Source of the DNA: Eledone cirrhosa
Lineage: Eukaryota
Reading direction: 5' to 3'
Length of the DNA: 64,000 nt
NCBI GenBank assembly: GCA_964016885.1
Contig: OZ024742.1
Span: forward strand, 15,004,001-15,068,000
Under the pieces are notes generated by a model. It saw nothing but the letters and a program-made list of their open reading frames with translations, was not told the DNA's origin and did no database searches. Shown here piece by piece: positions 23,993-38,900 of this stretch. Positions within the stretch are counted from its first letter, which is position 1; each line of letters opens with the position of its first letter. The position numbers and the translations under genes were made by a program.

Positions 23993-26900
23993 ATATATAT
24001 ATATATTGGTGAGGTGGCACCACTTAGCTCAAACTAATCATATCTAAATTAACATATATACGTATATTGGTGAGGTGGTACTACTTAGCTCAAACTAATC
24101 ACATCTAAATTACCATATATATTGGTGAGGTGGCACCACTTAGCTCAAACTAATCATGTCTAAATTACCATATATATTGGTGAGGTGGCACCACTTAGCT
24201 GAAACTAATCATATCTAAATTACCATATATATATATATTGGTGAGGTGGCACCACTTAGCTCAAACTAATCACATCTAAATTACCATATATATATATTGG
24301 TGAGGTGGTACCACTTAGCTCAAACTAATCACATCTAAATTACCATATATATATATTGGTGAGGTGGTACCACTTAGCTCAAACTAATCATATCTAAATT
24401 ACCATATATATATATATATTGGTGAGGTGGCACCACTAAGCTGAAACTAATCATATCTAAATTACCATATATATATATTGGTGAGGTGGCACCACTTAGC
24501 TCAAACTAATCATATCTAAATTACCATATATATATATTGGTGAGGTGGCACCACTTAGCTCAAACTAATCATATCTAAATTACCATATATATGGCCATCC
24601 AAACCCATGCAAGCGTGGAACACGGACGTCAAACGATGATGATGATGATGATGATTGGTGAGGTGGCACCACTTAGCTCAAACTAATCATATCTAAATTA
24701 CCATATATATATATATATTGGTGAGGTGGCACCACTAAGCTGAAACTAATCATATCTAAATTACCATATATATATATTGGTGAGGTGGCACCACTTAGTT
24801 CAAACTAATCACGTCTAAATTACCATATATATTGGTGAGGTGGCACCACTTAGCTCAAACTAATCATATCTAAATTACCATATATATATATTGGTGAGGT
24901 GGCACCACTTAACTCAAACTAAACATATCTAAATTACTATATATATATATTGGTGAGGTGGCACCACTTAGCTCAAACTAATCATATCTAAATTACCATA
25001 TATATTGGTGAGGTGGCACCACTTAGCTCAAGTTAATCACATCTAAATTACCATATATATTGGTGAGGTGGCACCACTTAGCTCAAACTAATCATATCTA
25101 AATTACCATATATATTGGTGAGGTGGCACCACTTAGCTGAAACTAATCATATCTAAATTACCATATATATATATTGGTGAGGTGGCACCACTTAGCTCAA
25201 ACTAATCATATCTAAATTACCATATATATTGGTGAGGTGGCACCACTTAGCTCAAACTAATCATATCTAAATTACCATATATTTATATTGGTGAGGTGGC
25301 ACCACTTAGCTCAAACTAATCATATCTAAATTACCATATATATTGGTGAGGTGGCACCACTTAGCTCAAACTAATCATATCTAAATTACCATATATTTAT
25401 ATTGGTGAGGTGGCACCACTTAGCTCAAACTAATCATATCTAAATTACCATATATATTGGTGAGGTGGCACCACTTAGCTCAAACTAATCATATCTAAAT
25501 TACCATATATATTGGTGAGGTGGCAGCACTTAGCTCAAACTAATCATATCTAAATTACCATATATATTGGTGAGGTGGCACCACTTAGCTCAAGTTAATC
25601 ACATCTAAATTACCATATATATTGGTGAGGTGGCACCACTTAGCTCAAACTAATCATATCTAAATTACCATATATATTGGTGAGGTGGCACCACTTAGCT
25701 GAAACTAATCATATCTAAATTACCATATATATATATTGGTGAGGTGGCACCACTTAGCTCAAACTAATCATATCTAAATTACCATATATATTGGTGAGGT
25801 GGCACCACTTAGCTCAAACTAATCATATCTAAATTACCATATATTTATATTGGTGAAGTGGCACCACTTAGCTCAAACTAATCATATCTAAATTACCATA
25901 TATATTGGTGAGGTGGCACCACTTAGCTCAAACTAATCATATCTAAATTACCATATATATTGGTGAGGTGGCACCACTTAGCTCAAACTAATCATATCTA
26001 AATTACCATATATATTGGTGAGGTGGCACCACTTAGCTCAAACTAATCACATCTAAATTACCATATATTTATATTGGTGAGGTGGCACCACTTAGCTCAA
26101 ACTAATCATATCTAAATTACCATATATTTATATTGGTGAGGTGGCACCACTTAGCTCAAACTAATCATATCTAAATTACCATATATATATATTGGTGAGG
26201 TGGCACCACTTAGCTCAAACTAATCATATCTAAATTACCATATATATTGGTGAGGTGGCACCCCTTAGCTGAAACTAATTATATCTAAATTACCACATAT
26301 ATTGGTGAGGTGGCACCACTTAGCTCAAACTAATCATATCTAAATTACCATATATATTGGTGAGGTGGCACCACTTAGCTCAAACTAATCATATCTAAAT
26401 TACCATATATTTATATTGGTGAGGTGGCACCACTTAGCTCAAACTAATCAAATCTAAATTACCATATATTTATATTGGTGAGGTGGCACCACTTAGCTCA
26501 AACTAATCATATCTAAATTACCATATATATATATTGGTGAGGTGGCACCACTTAGCTCAAACTAATCATATCTAAATTACCATATATATTGGTGAGGTGG
26601 TACCACTTAGCTCAAACTAATCACATCTAAATTACCATATATATATATATTGGTGAGGTGGCACCACTTAGCTCAAACTAATCATATCTAAATTACCATA
26701 TACATATATTGGTGAGGTGGCACCACTTAGCTCAAACTAATCATATCTAAATTACCATATATATTGGTGAGGTGGCACCACTTAGCTCAAACTAATCATA
26801 TCTAAATTACCATATATATTGGTGAGGTGGCACCACTTAGCTCAAACTAATCATATCTAAATTACCATATATATTGGTGAGGTGGCACCACTTAGCTCAA

Positions 26901-29900
26901 ACTAATCATATCTAAATTACCATATATATATATATATATTGGTGAGGTGGCACCACTAAGCTGAAACTAATCATATCTAAATTACCATATATATATATTG
27001 GGGAGGTGGCACCACTTAGCTCAAACTAATCATATCTAAATTACCATATATATATATTGGTGAGGTGGCACCACTTAGCTCAAACTAATCATATCTAAAT
27101 TACCATATATATGGCCATCCAAACCCATGCAAGCGTGGAACACGGACGTCAAACGATGATGATGATGATGATGATTGGTGAGGTGGCACCACTTAGCTCA
27201 AACTAATCATATCTAAATTACCATATATATATATATATTGGTGAGGTGGCACCACTAAGCTGAAACTAATCATATCTAAATTACCATATATATATATTGG
27301 TGAGGTGGCACCACTTAGCTCAAACTAATCATATCTAAATTACCATATATATATATTGGTGAGGTGGCACCACTTAGCTCAAACTAATCATATCTAAATT
27401 ACCATATATATGGCCATCCAAACCCATGCAAGCGTGGAACACGGACGTCAAACGATGATGATGATGATGATGATTGGTGAGGTGGCACCACTTAGCTCAA
27501 ACTAATCATATCTAAATTACCATATATATATATATATTGGTGAGGTGGCACCACTAAGCTGAAACTAATCATATCTAAATTACCATATATATATATTGGT
27601 GAGGTGGCACCACTTAGTTCAAACTAATCACGTCTAAATTACCATATATATTGGTGAGGTGGCACCACTTAGCTCAAACTAATCATATCTAAATTACCAT
27701 ATATATATATTGGTGAGGTGGCACCACTTAACTCAAACTAAACATATCTAAATTACTATATATATATATTGGTGAGGTGGCACCACTTAGCTCAAACTAA
27801 TCATATCTAAATTACCATATATATTGGTGAGGTGGCACCACTTAGCTCAAGTTAATCACATCTAAATTACCATATATATTGGTGAGGTGGCACCACTTAG
27901 CTCAAACTAATCATATCTAAATTACCATATATATTGGTGAGGTGGCACCACTTAGCTGAAACTAATCATATCTAAATTACCATATATATATATTGGTGAG
28001 GTGACACCACTTAGCTCAAACTAATCATATCTAAATTACCATATATATTGGTGAGGTGGCACCACTTAGCTCAAACTAATCATATCTAAATTACCATATA
28101 TTTATATTGGTGAGGTGGCACCACTTAGCTCAAACTAATCATATCTAAATTACCATATATATTGGTGAGGTGGCACCACTTAGCTCAAACTAATCATATC
28201 TAAATTACCATATATTTATATTGGTGAGGTGGCACCACTTAGCTCAAACTAATCATATCTAAATTACCATATATATTGGTGAGGTGGCACCACTTAGCTC
28301 AAACTAATCATATCTAAATTACCATATATATTGGTGAGGTGGCAGCACTTAGCTCAAACTAATCATATCTAAATTACCATATATATTGGTGAGGTGGCAC
28401 CACTTAGCTCAAGTTAATCACATCTAAATTACCATATATATTGGTGAGGTGGCACCACTTAGCTCAAACTAATCATATCTAAATTACCATATATATTGGT
28501 GAGGTGGCACCACTTAGCTGAAACTAATCATATCTAAATTACCATATATATATATTGGTGAGGTGGCACCACTTAGCTCAAACTAATCATATCTAAATTA
28601 CCATATATATTGGTGAGGTGGCACCACTTAGCTCAAACTAATCATATCTAAATTACCATATATTTATATTGGTGAAGTGGCACCACTTAGCTCAAACTAA
28701 TCATATCTAAATTACCATATATATTGGTGAGGTGGCACCACTTAGCTCAAACTAATCATATCTAAATTACCATATATATTGGTGAGGTGGCACCACTTAG
28801 CTCAAACTAATCATATCTAAATTACCATATATATTGGTGAGGTGGCACCACTTAGCTCAAACTAATCACATCTAAATTACCATATATTTATATTGGTGAG
28901 GTGGCACCACTTAGCTCAAACTAATCATATCTAAATTACCATATATTTATATTGGTGAGGTGGCACCACTTAGCTCAAACTAATCATATCTAAATTACCA
29001 TATATATATATTGGTGAGGTGGCACCACTTAGCTCAAACTAATCATATCTAAATTACCATATATATTGGTGAGGTGGCACCCCTTAGCTGAAACTAATTA
29101 TATCTAAATTACCACATATATTGGTGAGGTGGCACCACTTAGCTCAAACTAATCATATCTAAATTACCATATATATTGGTGAGGTGGCACCACTTAGCTC
29201 AAACTAATCATATCTAAATTACCATATATTTATATTGGTGAGGTGGCACCACTTAGCTCAAACTAATCAAATCTAAATTACCATATATTTATATTGGTGA
29301 GGTGGCACCACTTAGCTCAAACTAATCATATCTAAATTACCATATATATATATTGGTGAGGTGGCACCACTTAGCTCAAACTAATCATATCTAAATTACC
29401 ATATATATTGGTGAGGTGGTACCACTTAGCTCAAACTAATCACATCTAAATTACCATATATATATATATTGGTGAGGTGGCACCACTTAGCTCAAACTAA
29501 TCATATCTAAATTACCATATACATATATTGGTGAGGTGGCACCACTTAGCTCAAACTAATCATATCTAAATTACCATATATATTGGTGAGGTGGCACCAC
29601 TTAGCTCAAACTAATCATATCTAAATTACCATATATATTGGTGAGGTGGCACCACTTAGCTCAAACTAATCATATCTAAATTACCATATATATTGGTGAG
29701 GTGGCACCACTTAGCTCAAACTAATCATATCTAAATTACCATATATATATATATATATTGGTGAGGTGGCACCACTAAGCTGAAACTAATCATATCTAAA
29801 TTACCATATATATATATTGGGGAGGTGGCACCACTTAGCTCAAACTAATCATATCTAAATTACCATATATATATATTGGTGAGGTGGCACCACTTAGCTC

Positions 29901-32900
29901 AAACTAATCATATCTAAATTACCATATATATGGCCATCCAAACCCATGCAAGCGTGGAACACGGACGTCAAACGATGATGATGATGATGATGATTGGTGA
30001 GGTGGCACCACTTAGCTCAAACTAATCATATCTAAATTACCATATATATATATATATTGGTGAGGTGGCACCACTAAGCTGAAACTAATCATATCTAAAT
30101 TACCATATATATATATTGGTGAGGTGGCACCACTTAGCTCAAACTAATCATATCTAAATTACCATATATATATATTGGTGAGGTGGCACCACTTAACTCA
30201 AACTAAACATATCTAAATTACTATATATATATATTGGTGAGGTGGCACCACTTAGCTCAAACTAATCATATCTAAATTACCATATATATATATATTGGTG
30301 AGGTGGCACCACTTAGTTCAAACTAATCATATCTAAATTACCATATATATATATTGGTGAGGTGGCACCACTTAGCTCAAACTAATCATATCTAAATTAC
30401 CATATATATATATTGGTGAGGTGGCACCACTTAACTCAAACTAAACATATCTAAATTACTATATATATATATTGGTGAGGTGGCACCACTTAGCTCAAAC
30501 TAATCATATCTAAATTACCATATATATATATATTGGTGAGGTGGCACCACTTAGTTCAAACTAATCATATCTAAATTACCATATATATATATTGGTGAGG
30601 TGGCACCACTTAGCTCAAACTAATCACATCTAAATTACCATATATATTGGTGAGGTGGCACCACTTACCTCAAACTAATCATATCTAAATTACCATATAT
30701 ATTGGTGAGGTGGCACCACTTAGCTCAAACTAATCATATCTAAATTACCATATATATATATATTGGTGAGGTGGCACCACTTAGCTCAAACTAATCATAT
30801 CTAAATTAACATATATACGTATATTGGTGAGGTGGTACTACTTAGCTCAAACCAATCACATCTAAATTACCATATATATTGGTGAGGTGGCACCACTTAG
30901 CTCAAACTAATCATGTCTAAATTACCATATATACTGGTGAGGTGGCACCACTTAGCTCAAACTAATCATATCTAAATTACCATATATATATATATTGGTG
31001 AGGTGGTACCACTTAGCTCAAACTAATCACATCTAAATTACCATATATATATATTGGTGAGGTGGTACCACTTAGCTCAAACTAATCACATCTAAATTAC
31101 CATATATATATATTGGTGAGGTGGTACCACTTAGAAACTAATCATATCTAAATTACCATATATGTATATATATTGGTGAGGTGGCACCACTAAGCTGAAA
31201 CTAATCATATCTAAATTACCATATATATATATTGGTGAGGTGGCACCACTTAGCTCAAACTAATCATATCTAAATTACCATATATATATATTGGTGAGGT
31301 GGCACCATTTAGCTCAAACTAATCATATCTAAATTACCATATATATGGCCATCCAAACCCATGCAAGCGTGGAACACGGACGTCAAACGATGATGATGAT
31401 GATGATGATTGGTGAGGTGGCACCACTTAGCTCAAACTAATCATATCTAAATTACCATATATATATATATATTGGTGAGGTGGCACCACTAAGCTGAAAC
31501 TAATCATATCTAAATTACCATATATATATATTGGTGAGGTGGCACCACTTAGTTCAAACTAATCACGTCTAAATTTACCATATATATTGGTGAGGTGGCA
31601 CCACTTAGCTCAAACTAATCATATCTAAATTACCATATATATATATTGGTGAGGTGGCACCACTTAACTCAAACTAAACATATCTAAATTACTATATATA
31701 TATATTGGTGAGGTGGCACCACTTAGCTCAAACTAATCACATCTAAATTACCATATATATATATTGGTGAGGTGGCACCACTTAGCTCAAACTAATCACA
31801 TCTAAATTACCATATATATTGGTGAGGTGGCACCACTTAGCTCAATCTCATCATATCTAAATTACCATATATATTGGTGAGGTGGCACCACTTAACTCAA
31901 ACTAATCATATCTAAATTACCATATATATATATTGGTGAGGTGGCACCACTAAGCTCAAACTAATCATATCTAAATTACCATATATATATATTGGTGAGG
32001 TGGCACCACTTAGCTCAACCTAATCACATCTAAATTACCATATATATTGGTGAGGTGGCACCACTTAGCTCAAACTAATCATATCTAAATTACCATATAT
32101 ATTGGTGAGGTGGCACCACTTAGCTCAAACTAATCATATCTAAATTACCATATATATTGGTGAGGTGGCACCACTTAGCTCAAACTAATCATATCTAAAT
32201 TACCATATATATATATATTGGTGAGGTGGCAGCACTTAGCTCAAACTAATCATATCTAAATTACCATATATATATATTGGTGAGGTGGCACCACTTAGCT
32301 CAAACTAATCATATCTAAATTAACATATATATTGGTGAGGTGGCACCACTTAGCTCAAACTAATCATATCTAAATTACCATATATATTGGTGAGGTGGCA
32401 CCACTTAGCTCAAACTAATCATATCTAAATTACCATATATATATATTGGTGAGGTGGTACCACTTAGCTCAAACTAATCACATCTAAATTACCATATATA
32501 TTGGTGAGGTGGCACCACTTAACTCAAACTAATCATATCTAAATTACCATATATATTGGTGAGGTGGCACCACTTAGCTCAAACTAATCATATCTAAATT
32601 ACCATATATATTGGTGAGGTGGCACCACTTAGCTCAAACTAATCATATCTAAATTACCGTATATATATATTGGTGAGGTGGTACCACTTAGCTCAAACTA
32701 ATCACATCTAAATTACCATATATATATATTGGTGAGGTGGCACCACTTAGCTCAAACTAATCATATCTAAATTAACATATATACATATATTGGTGAGGTG
32801 GCACCACTTAGCTCAAACTAATCACATCTAAATTACCATATATATATATTGGTGAGGTGGTACCACTTAGCTCAAACTAATCACATCTAAATTACCAGAT

Positions 32901-35900
32901 ATATATATTGGTGAGGTGGCACCACTTAGCTCAAACTAATCATATCTAAATTACCATATATATATATTGGTGAGGTGGCACCACTTAGCTCAAACTAATC
33001 ATATCTAAATTACCATATATATGGCCATCCAAACCCATGCAAGCGTGGAACACGGACGTCAAACGATGATGATGATGATGATGATTGGTGAGGTGGCACC
33101 ACTTAGCTCAAACTAATCATATCTAAATTACCATATATATATATATATATTGGTGAGGTGGCACCACTAAGCTGAAACTAATCATATCTAAATTACCATA
33201 TATATATATTGGTGAGGTGGCACCACTTAGCTCAAACTAATCATATCTAAATTACCATATATATTGGTGAGGTGGCACCACTTAGCTCAAACTAATCACA
33301 TCTAAATTACCATATATATATATTGGTGAGGTGGTACCACTTAGCTCAAACTAATCATATCTAAATTACCATATATATTGGTGAGGTGGCACCACTTAGC
33401 TCAAACTAATCATATCTAAATTACTGTATATATTGGTGAGGTGGCACCACTTAGCTCAAACTAATCATATCTAAATTACCATATATATATATTGGTGAGG
33501 TGGCACCACTTAGCTCAAACTAATCATATCTAAATTACCATATATATATATATTGGTGAGGTGGCACCACTTAGCTCAAACTAATCATATCTAAGTTACC
33601 ATATATATTGGTGAAGTGGTACCACTTAGCTCAAACTAATCATATCTAAATTACCATATATATATATATTGGTGAGGTGGCACCACTTAGCTCAAACTAA
33701 TCATATCTAAATTACCATATATATTGGTGAGGTGGCACCACTTAGCTCAAACTAATCATATCTAAATTACCATATATATATATATTGGTGAGGTGGCACT
33801 ACTTAGCTCAAACTAATCATATCTAAATTACCATATATATATATATTGGTGAGGTGGCACCACTTAGCTCAAACTAATCATGTCTAAATTACCATATATA
33901 TTGGTGAGGTGGCACCACTTAGCTCAAACTAATCATATCTAAATTACCATATATATATATATTGGTGAGGTGGCACTACTTAGCTCAAACTAATCATATC
34001 TAAATTACCATATATATATATTGGTGAGGTGGTACCACTTAGCTCAAACTAATCACATCTAAATTACCATATATATTGGTGAGGTGGCACCACTTAGCTC
34101 AAACTAATCATATCTAAATTACCATATGAATATATATTGGTGAGGTGGCACCACTTAGCTCAAACTAATCATATCTAAATTACCATATATATTGGTGAGG
34201 TGGCACCACTTAGCTCAAACTAATCATATCTAAATTACCATATATATTGGTGAGGTGGTACCACTTAGCTCAAACTAATCATATCTAAATTACCATATAT
34301 ATATATTGGTGAGGTGGTACCACTTAGCTCAAACTAATCACATCTAAATTACCATATATATTGGTGAGGTGGCACCACTTAGCACAAACTAATCATATCT
34401 AAATTACCATATATATTGGTGAGGTGGCACCACTTAGCTCAAACTAATCATATCTAAATTACCATATATATATATATTGGTGAGATGGCACCACTTAGCT
34501 CAAACTAATCATATCTAAATTAACATATATACATATATTGGTGAGGTGGCACCACTTTGCTCAAACTAATCATATCTAAATTACCATATATATTGGTGAG
34601 GTGGCACCACTTAGCTCAAACTAATCATATCTAAATTACCATATATATATATATTGGTGAGGTGGCACCACTTAGCTCAAACTAATCATATCTAAATTAC
34701 CATATATATTGGTGAGGTGGCACCACTTAGCTCAAACTAATCATATCTAAATTACCATATATATATATATTGGTGAGGTGGCACCACTTAGCTCAAACTA
34801 ATCATATCTAAATTACCATATATATTGGTGAGGTGGCACCACTTAGCTCAAACTAATCACATCTAAATTACCATATATATATATATTGGTGAGGTGGTAC
34901 CACTTAGCTCAAACTAATCACATCTAAATTAACATATATATATATTGGTGAGGTGGCACCACTTAGCTCAAACTAATCATATCTAAATTACCATATATAT
35001 ATATATTGGTGAGGTGGTACCACTTAGCTCAAACTAATCACATCTAAATTACCATATATATATATTGGTGAGGTGGTACCACTTAGCTCAAACTAATCAT
35101 ATCTACATTACCATATATATTGGTGAGGTGGCACCACTTAGCTCAAACTAATCACATCTAAATTACCATATATATATATTGGTGAGGTGGTACCACTTAG
35201 CTCAAACTAATCATATCTAAATTACCATATATATATATTGGTGAGGTGGCACCACTTAGCTCAAACTAATCATATCTAAATTACCATATACATATATTGG
35301 TGAGGTGGCACCACTTAGCTCAAACTAATCATATCTAAATTACCATATATATTGGTGAGGTGGCACCACTTAGCTCAAACTAATCATATCTAAATTACCA
35401 TATATATTGGTGAGGTGGCACCACTTAGCTCAAACTAATCATATCTAAATTACCATATATATTGGTGAGGTGGCACCACTTAGCTCAAACTAATCATATC
35501 TAAATTACCATATATATATATTGGTGAGGTGGCACCACTAAGCTGAAACTAATCATATCTAAATTACCATATATATATATTGGTGAGGTGGCACCACTTA
35601 GCTCAAACTAATCATATCTAAATTACCATATATATATATTGGTGAGGTGGCACCACTTAGCTCAAACTAATCATATCTAAATTACCATATATATTGGTGA
35701 GGTGGCACCACTTAGCTCAAACTAATCATATCTAAATTACCATATATATATATTGGTGAGGTGGTACCACTTAGCTCAAACTAATCTCATCTAAATTACC
35801 ATATATATTGGTGAGGTGGCACCACTTAGCTCAAACTAATCATATCTAAATTACCATATATATTGGTGAGGTGGCACCACTTAGCTCAAACTAATCATAT

Positions 35901-38900
35901 CTAACTTACCATATATATATATATTGGTGAGGTGGCACCACTTAGCTCAAACTAATCATATCTAAATTAACATATATACATATATTGGTGAGGTGGCACC
36001 ACTTAGCTCAAACTAATCATATCTAAATTACCATATATATTGGTGAGGTGGCACCACTTAGCTCAAACTAATCATATCTAAATTACCATATATATATATT
36101 GGTGAGGTGGCACCACTTAGCTCAAACTAATCACATCTAAATTACCATATATATATATATTGGTGAGGTGGTACCACTTAGCTCAAACTAATCACATCTA
36201 AATTACCATATATATATATTGGTGAGGTGGTACCACTTAGCTCAAACTAATCATATCTAAATTACCATATATATTGGTGAGGTGGCACCACTTAGCTCAA
36301 ACTAATCACATCTAAATTACCATATATATATATTGGTGAGGTGGTACCACTTAGCTCAAACTAATCACATCTAAATTACCATATATATATATTGGTGAGG
36401 TGGCACCACTTAGCTCAAACTAATCATATCTAAATTACCATATACATATATTGGTGAGGTGGCACCACTTAGCTCAAACTAATCATATCTAAATTACCAT
36501 ATATATTGGTGAGGTGGCACCACTTAGCTCAAACTAATCATATCTAAATTACCATATATATTGGTGAGGTGGCACCACTTAGCTCAAACTAATCATATCT
36601 AAATTACCATATATATTGGTGAGGTGGCACCACTTAGCTCAAACTAATCATATCTAAATTACCATATATATATATATATATTGGTGAGGTGGCACCACTA
36701 AGCTGAAACTAATCATATCTAAATTACCATATATATATATTGGTGAGGTGGCACCACTTAGCTCAAACTAATCATATCTAAATTACCATCTATATATATT
36801 GGTGAGGTGGCACCACTTAGCTCAAACTAATCATATCTAAATTACCATATATATGGCCATCCAAACCCATGCAAGCGTGGAACACGGACGTCAAACGATG
36901 ATGATGATGATGATGATTGGTGAGGTGGCACCACTTAGCTCAAACTAATCATATCTAAATTACCATATATATATATATATTGGTGAGGTGGTACCACTTA
37001 GCTCAAACTAATCACATCTAAATTACCATATATATATATTGGTGAGGTGGTACCACTTAGCTCAAACTAATCATATCTAAATTACCATATATATTGGTGA
37101 GGTGGCACCACTTAGCTCAAACTAATCACATCTAAATTACCATATATATATATTGGTGAGGTGGTACCACTTAGCTCAAACTAATCACATCTAAATTACC
37201 ATATATATATATTGGTGGGGTGGCACCACTTAGTTCAAACTAATCATATCTAAATTACCATATATATATATTGGTGAGGTGGCACCACTTAGCTCAAACT
37301 AATCATATCTAAATTACCATATATATATATTGGTGAGGTGGCACCACTTAACTCAAAACTAAACATATCTAAATTACTATATATATATATTGGTGAGGTG
37401 GCACCACTTAGCTCAAACTAATCATATCTAAATTACCATATATATATTGGTGAGGTGGCACCACTTAGTTCAAACTAATCATATCTAAATTACGATATAT
37501 ATATATTGGTGAGGTGGCACCACTTAGCTCAAACTAATCACATCTAAATTACCATATATATTGGTGAGGTGGCACCACTTAGCTCAAACTAATCATATCT
37601 AAATTACCATATATATTGGTGAGGTGGCACCACTTAGCTCAAACTAATCATATCTAAATTACCATATATATATATATTGGTGAGGTGGCACCACTTAGCT
37701 CAAACTAATCATATCTAAATTAACATATATACATATATTGGTGAGGTGGTACCACTTAGCTCAAACTAATCACATCTAAATTACCATATATATTGGTGAG
37801 GTGGCACCACTTAGCTCAAACTAATCATGTCTAAATTACCATATATATTGGTGAGGTGGCACCACTTAGCTCAAACTAATCATATCTAAATTACCATATA
37901 TATATATATTGGTGAGGTGGCACCACTTAGCTCAAACTAATCACATCTAAATTACCATATATATATATTGGTGAGGTGGTACCACTTAGCTCAAACTAAT
38001 CACATCTAAATTACCATATATATATATTGGTGAGGTGGCACCACTTAGCTCAAACTAATCATATCTAAATTACCATATATATATATTGGTGAGGTGGTAC
38101 CACTTAGCTCAAACTAATCACATCTAAATTACCATATATATATATTGGTGAGGTGGTACCACTTAGCTCCAACTAATCATATCTAAATTACCATATATAT
38201 ATATATATTGGTGAGGTGGCACCACTAAGCTGAAACTAATCATATCTAAATTACCATATATATATATTGGTGAGGTGGCACCACTTAGCTCAAACTAATC
38301 ATATCTAAATTACCATATATATATATTGGTGAGGTGGCACCACTTAGCTCAAACTAATCATATCTAAATTACCATATATATGGCCATCCAAACCCATGCA
38401 AGCGTGGAACACGGACGTCAAACGATGATGATGATGATGATGATTGGTGAGGTGGCACCACTTAGCTCAAACTAATCATATCTAAATTACCATATATATA
38501 TATATATTGGTGAGGTGGCACCACTAAGCTGAAACTAATCATATCTAAATTACCATATATATATATTGGTGAGGTGGCACCACTTAGTTCAAACTAATCA
38601 CGTCTAAATTACCATATATATTGGTGAGGTGGCACCACTTAGCTCAAACTAATCATATCTAAATTACCATATATATATATTGGTGAGGTGGCACCACTTA
38701 ACTCAAACTAAACATATCTAAATTACTATATATATATATTGGTGAGGTGGCACCACTTAGCTCAAACTAATCACATCTAAATTACCATATATATATATTG
38801 GTGAGGTGGCACCACTTAGCTCAAACTAATCACATCTAAATTACCATATATATTGGTGAGGTGGCACCACTTAGCTCAAACTAATCATATCTAAATTACC

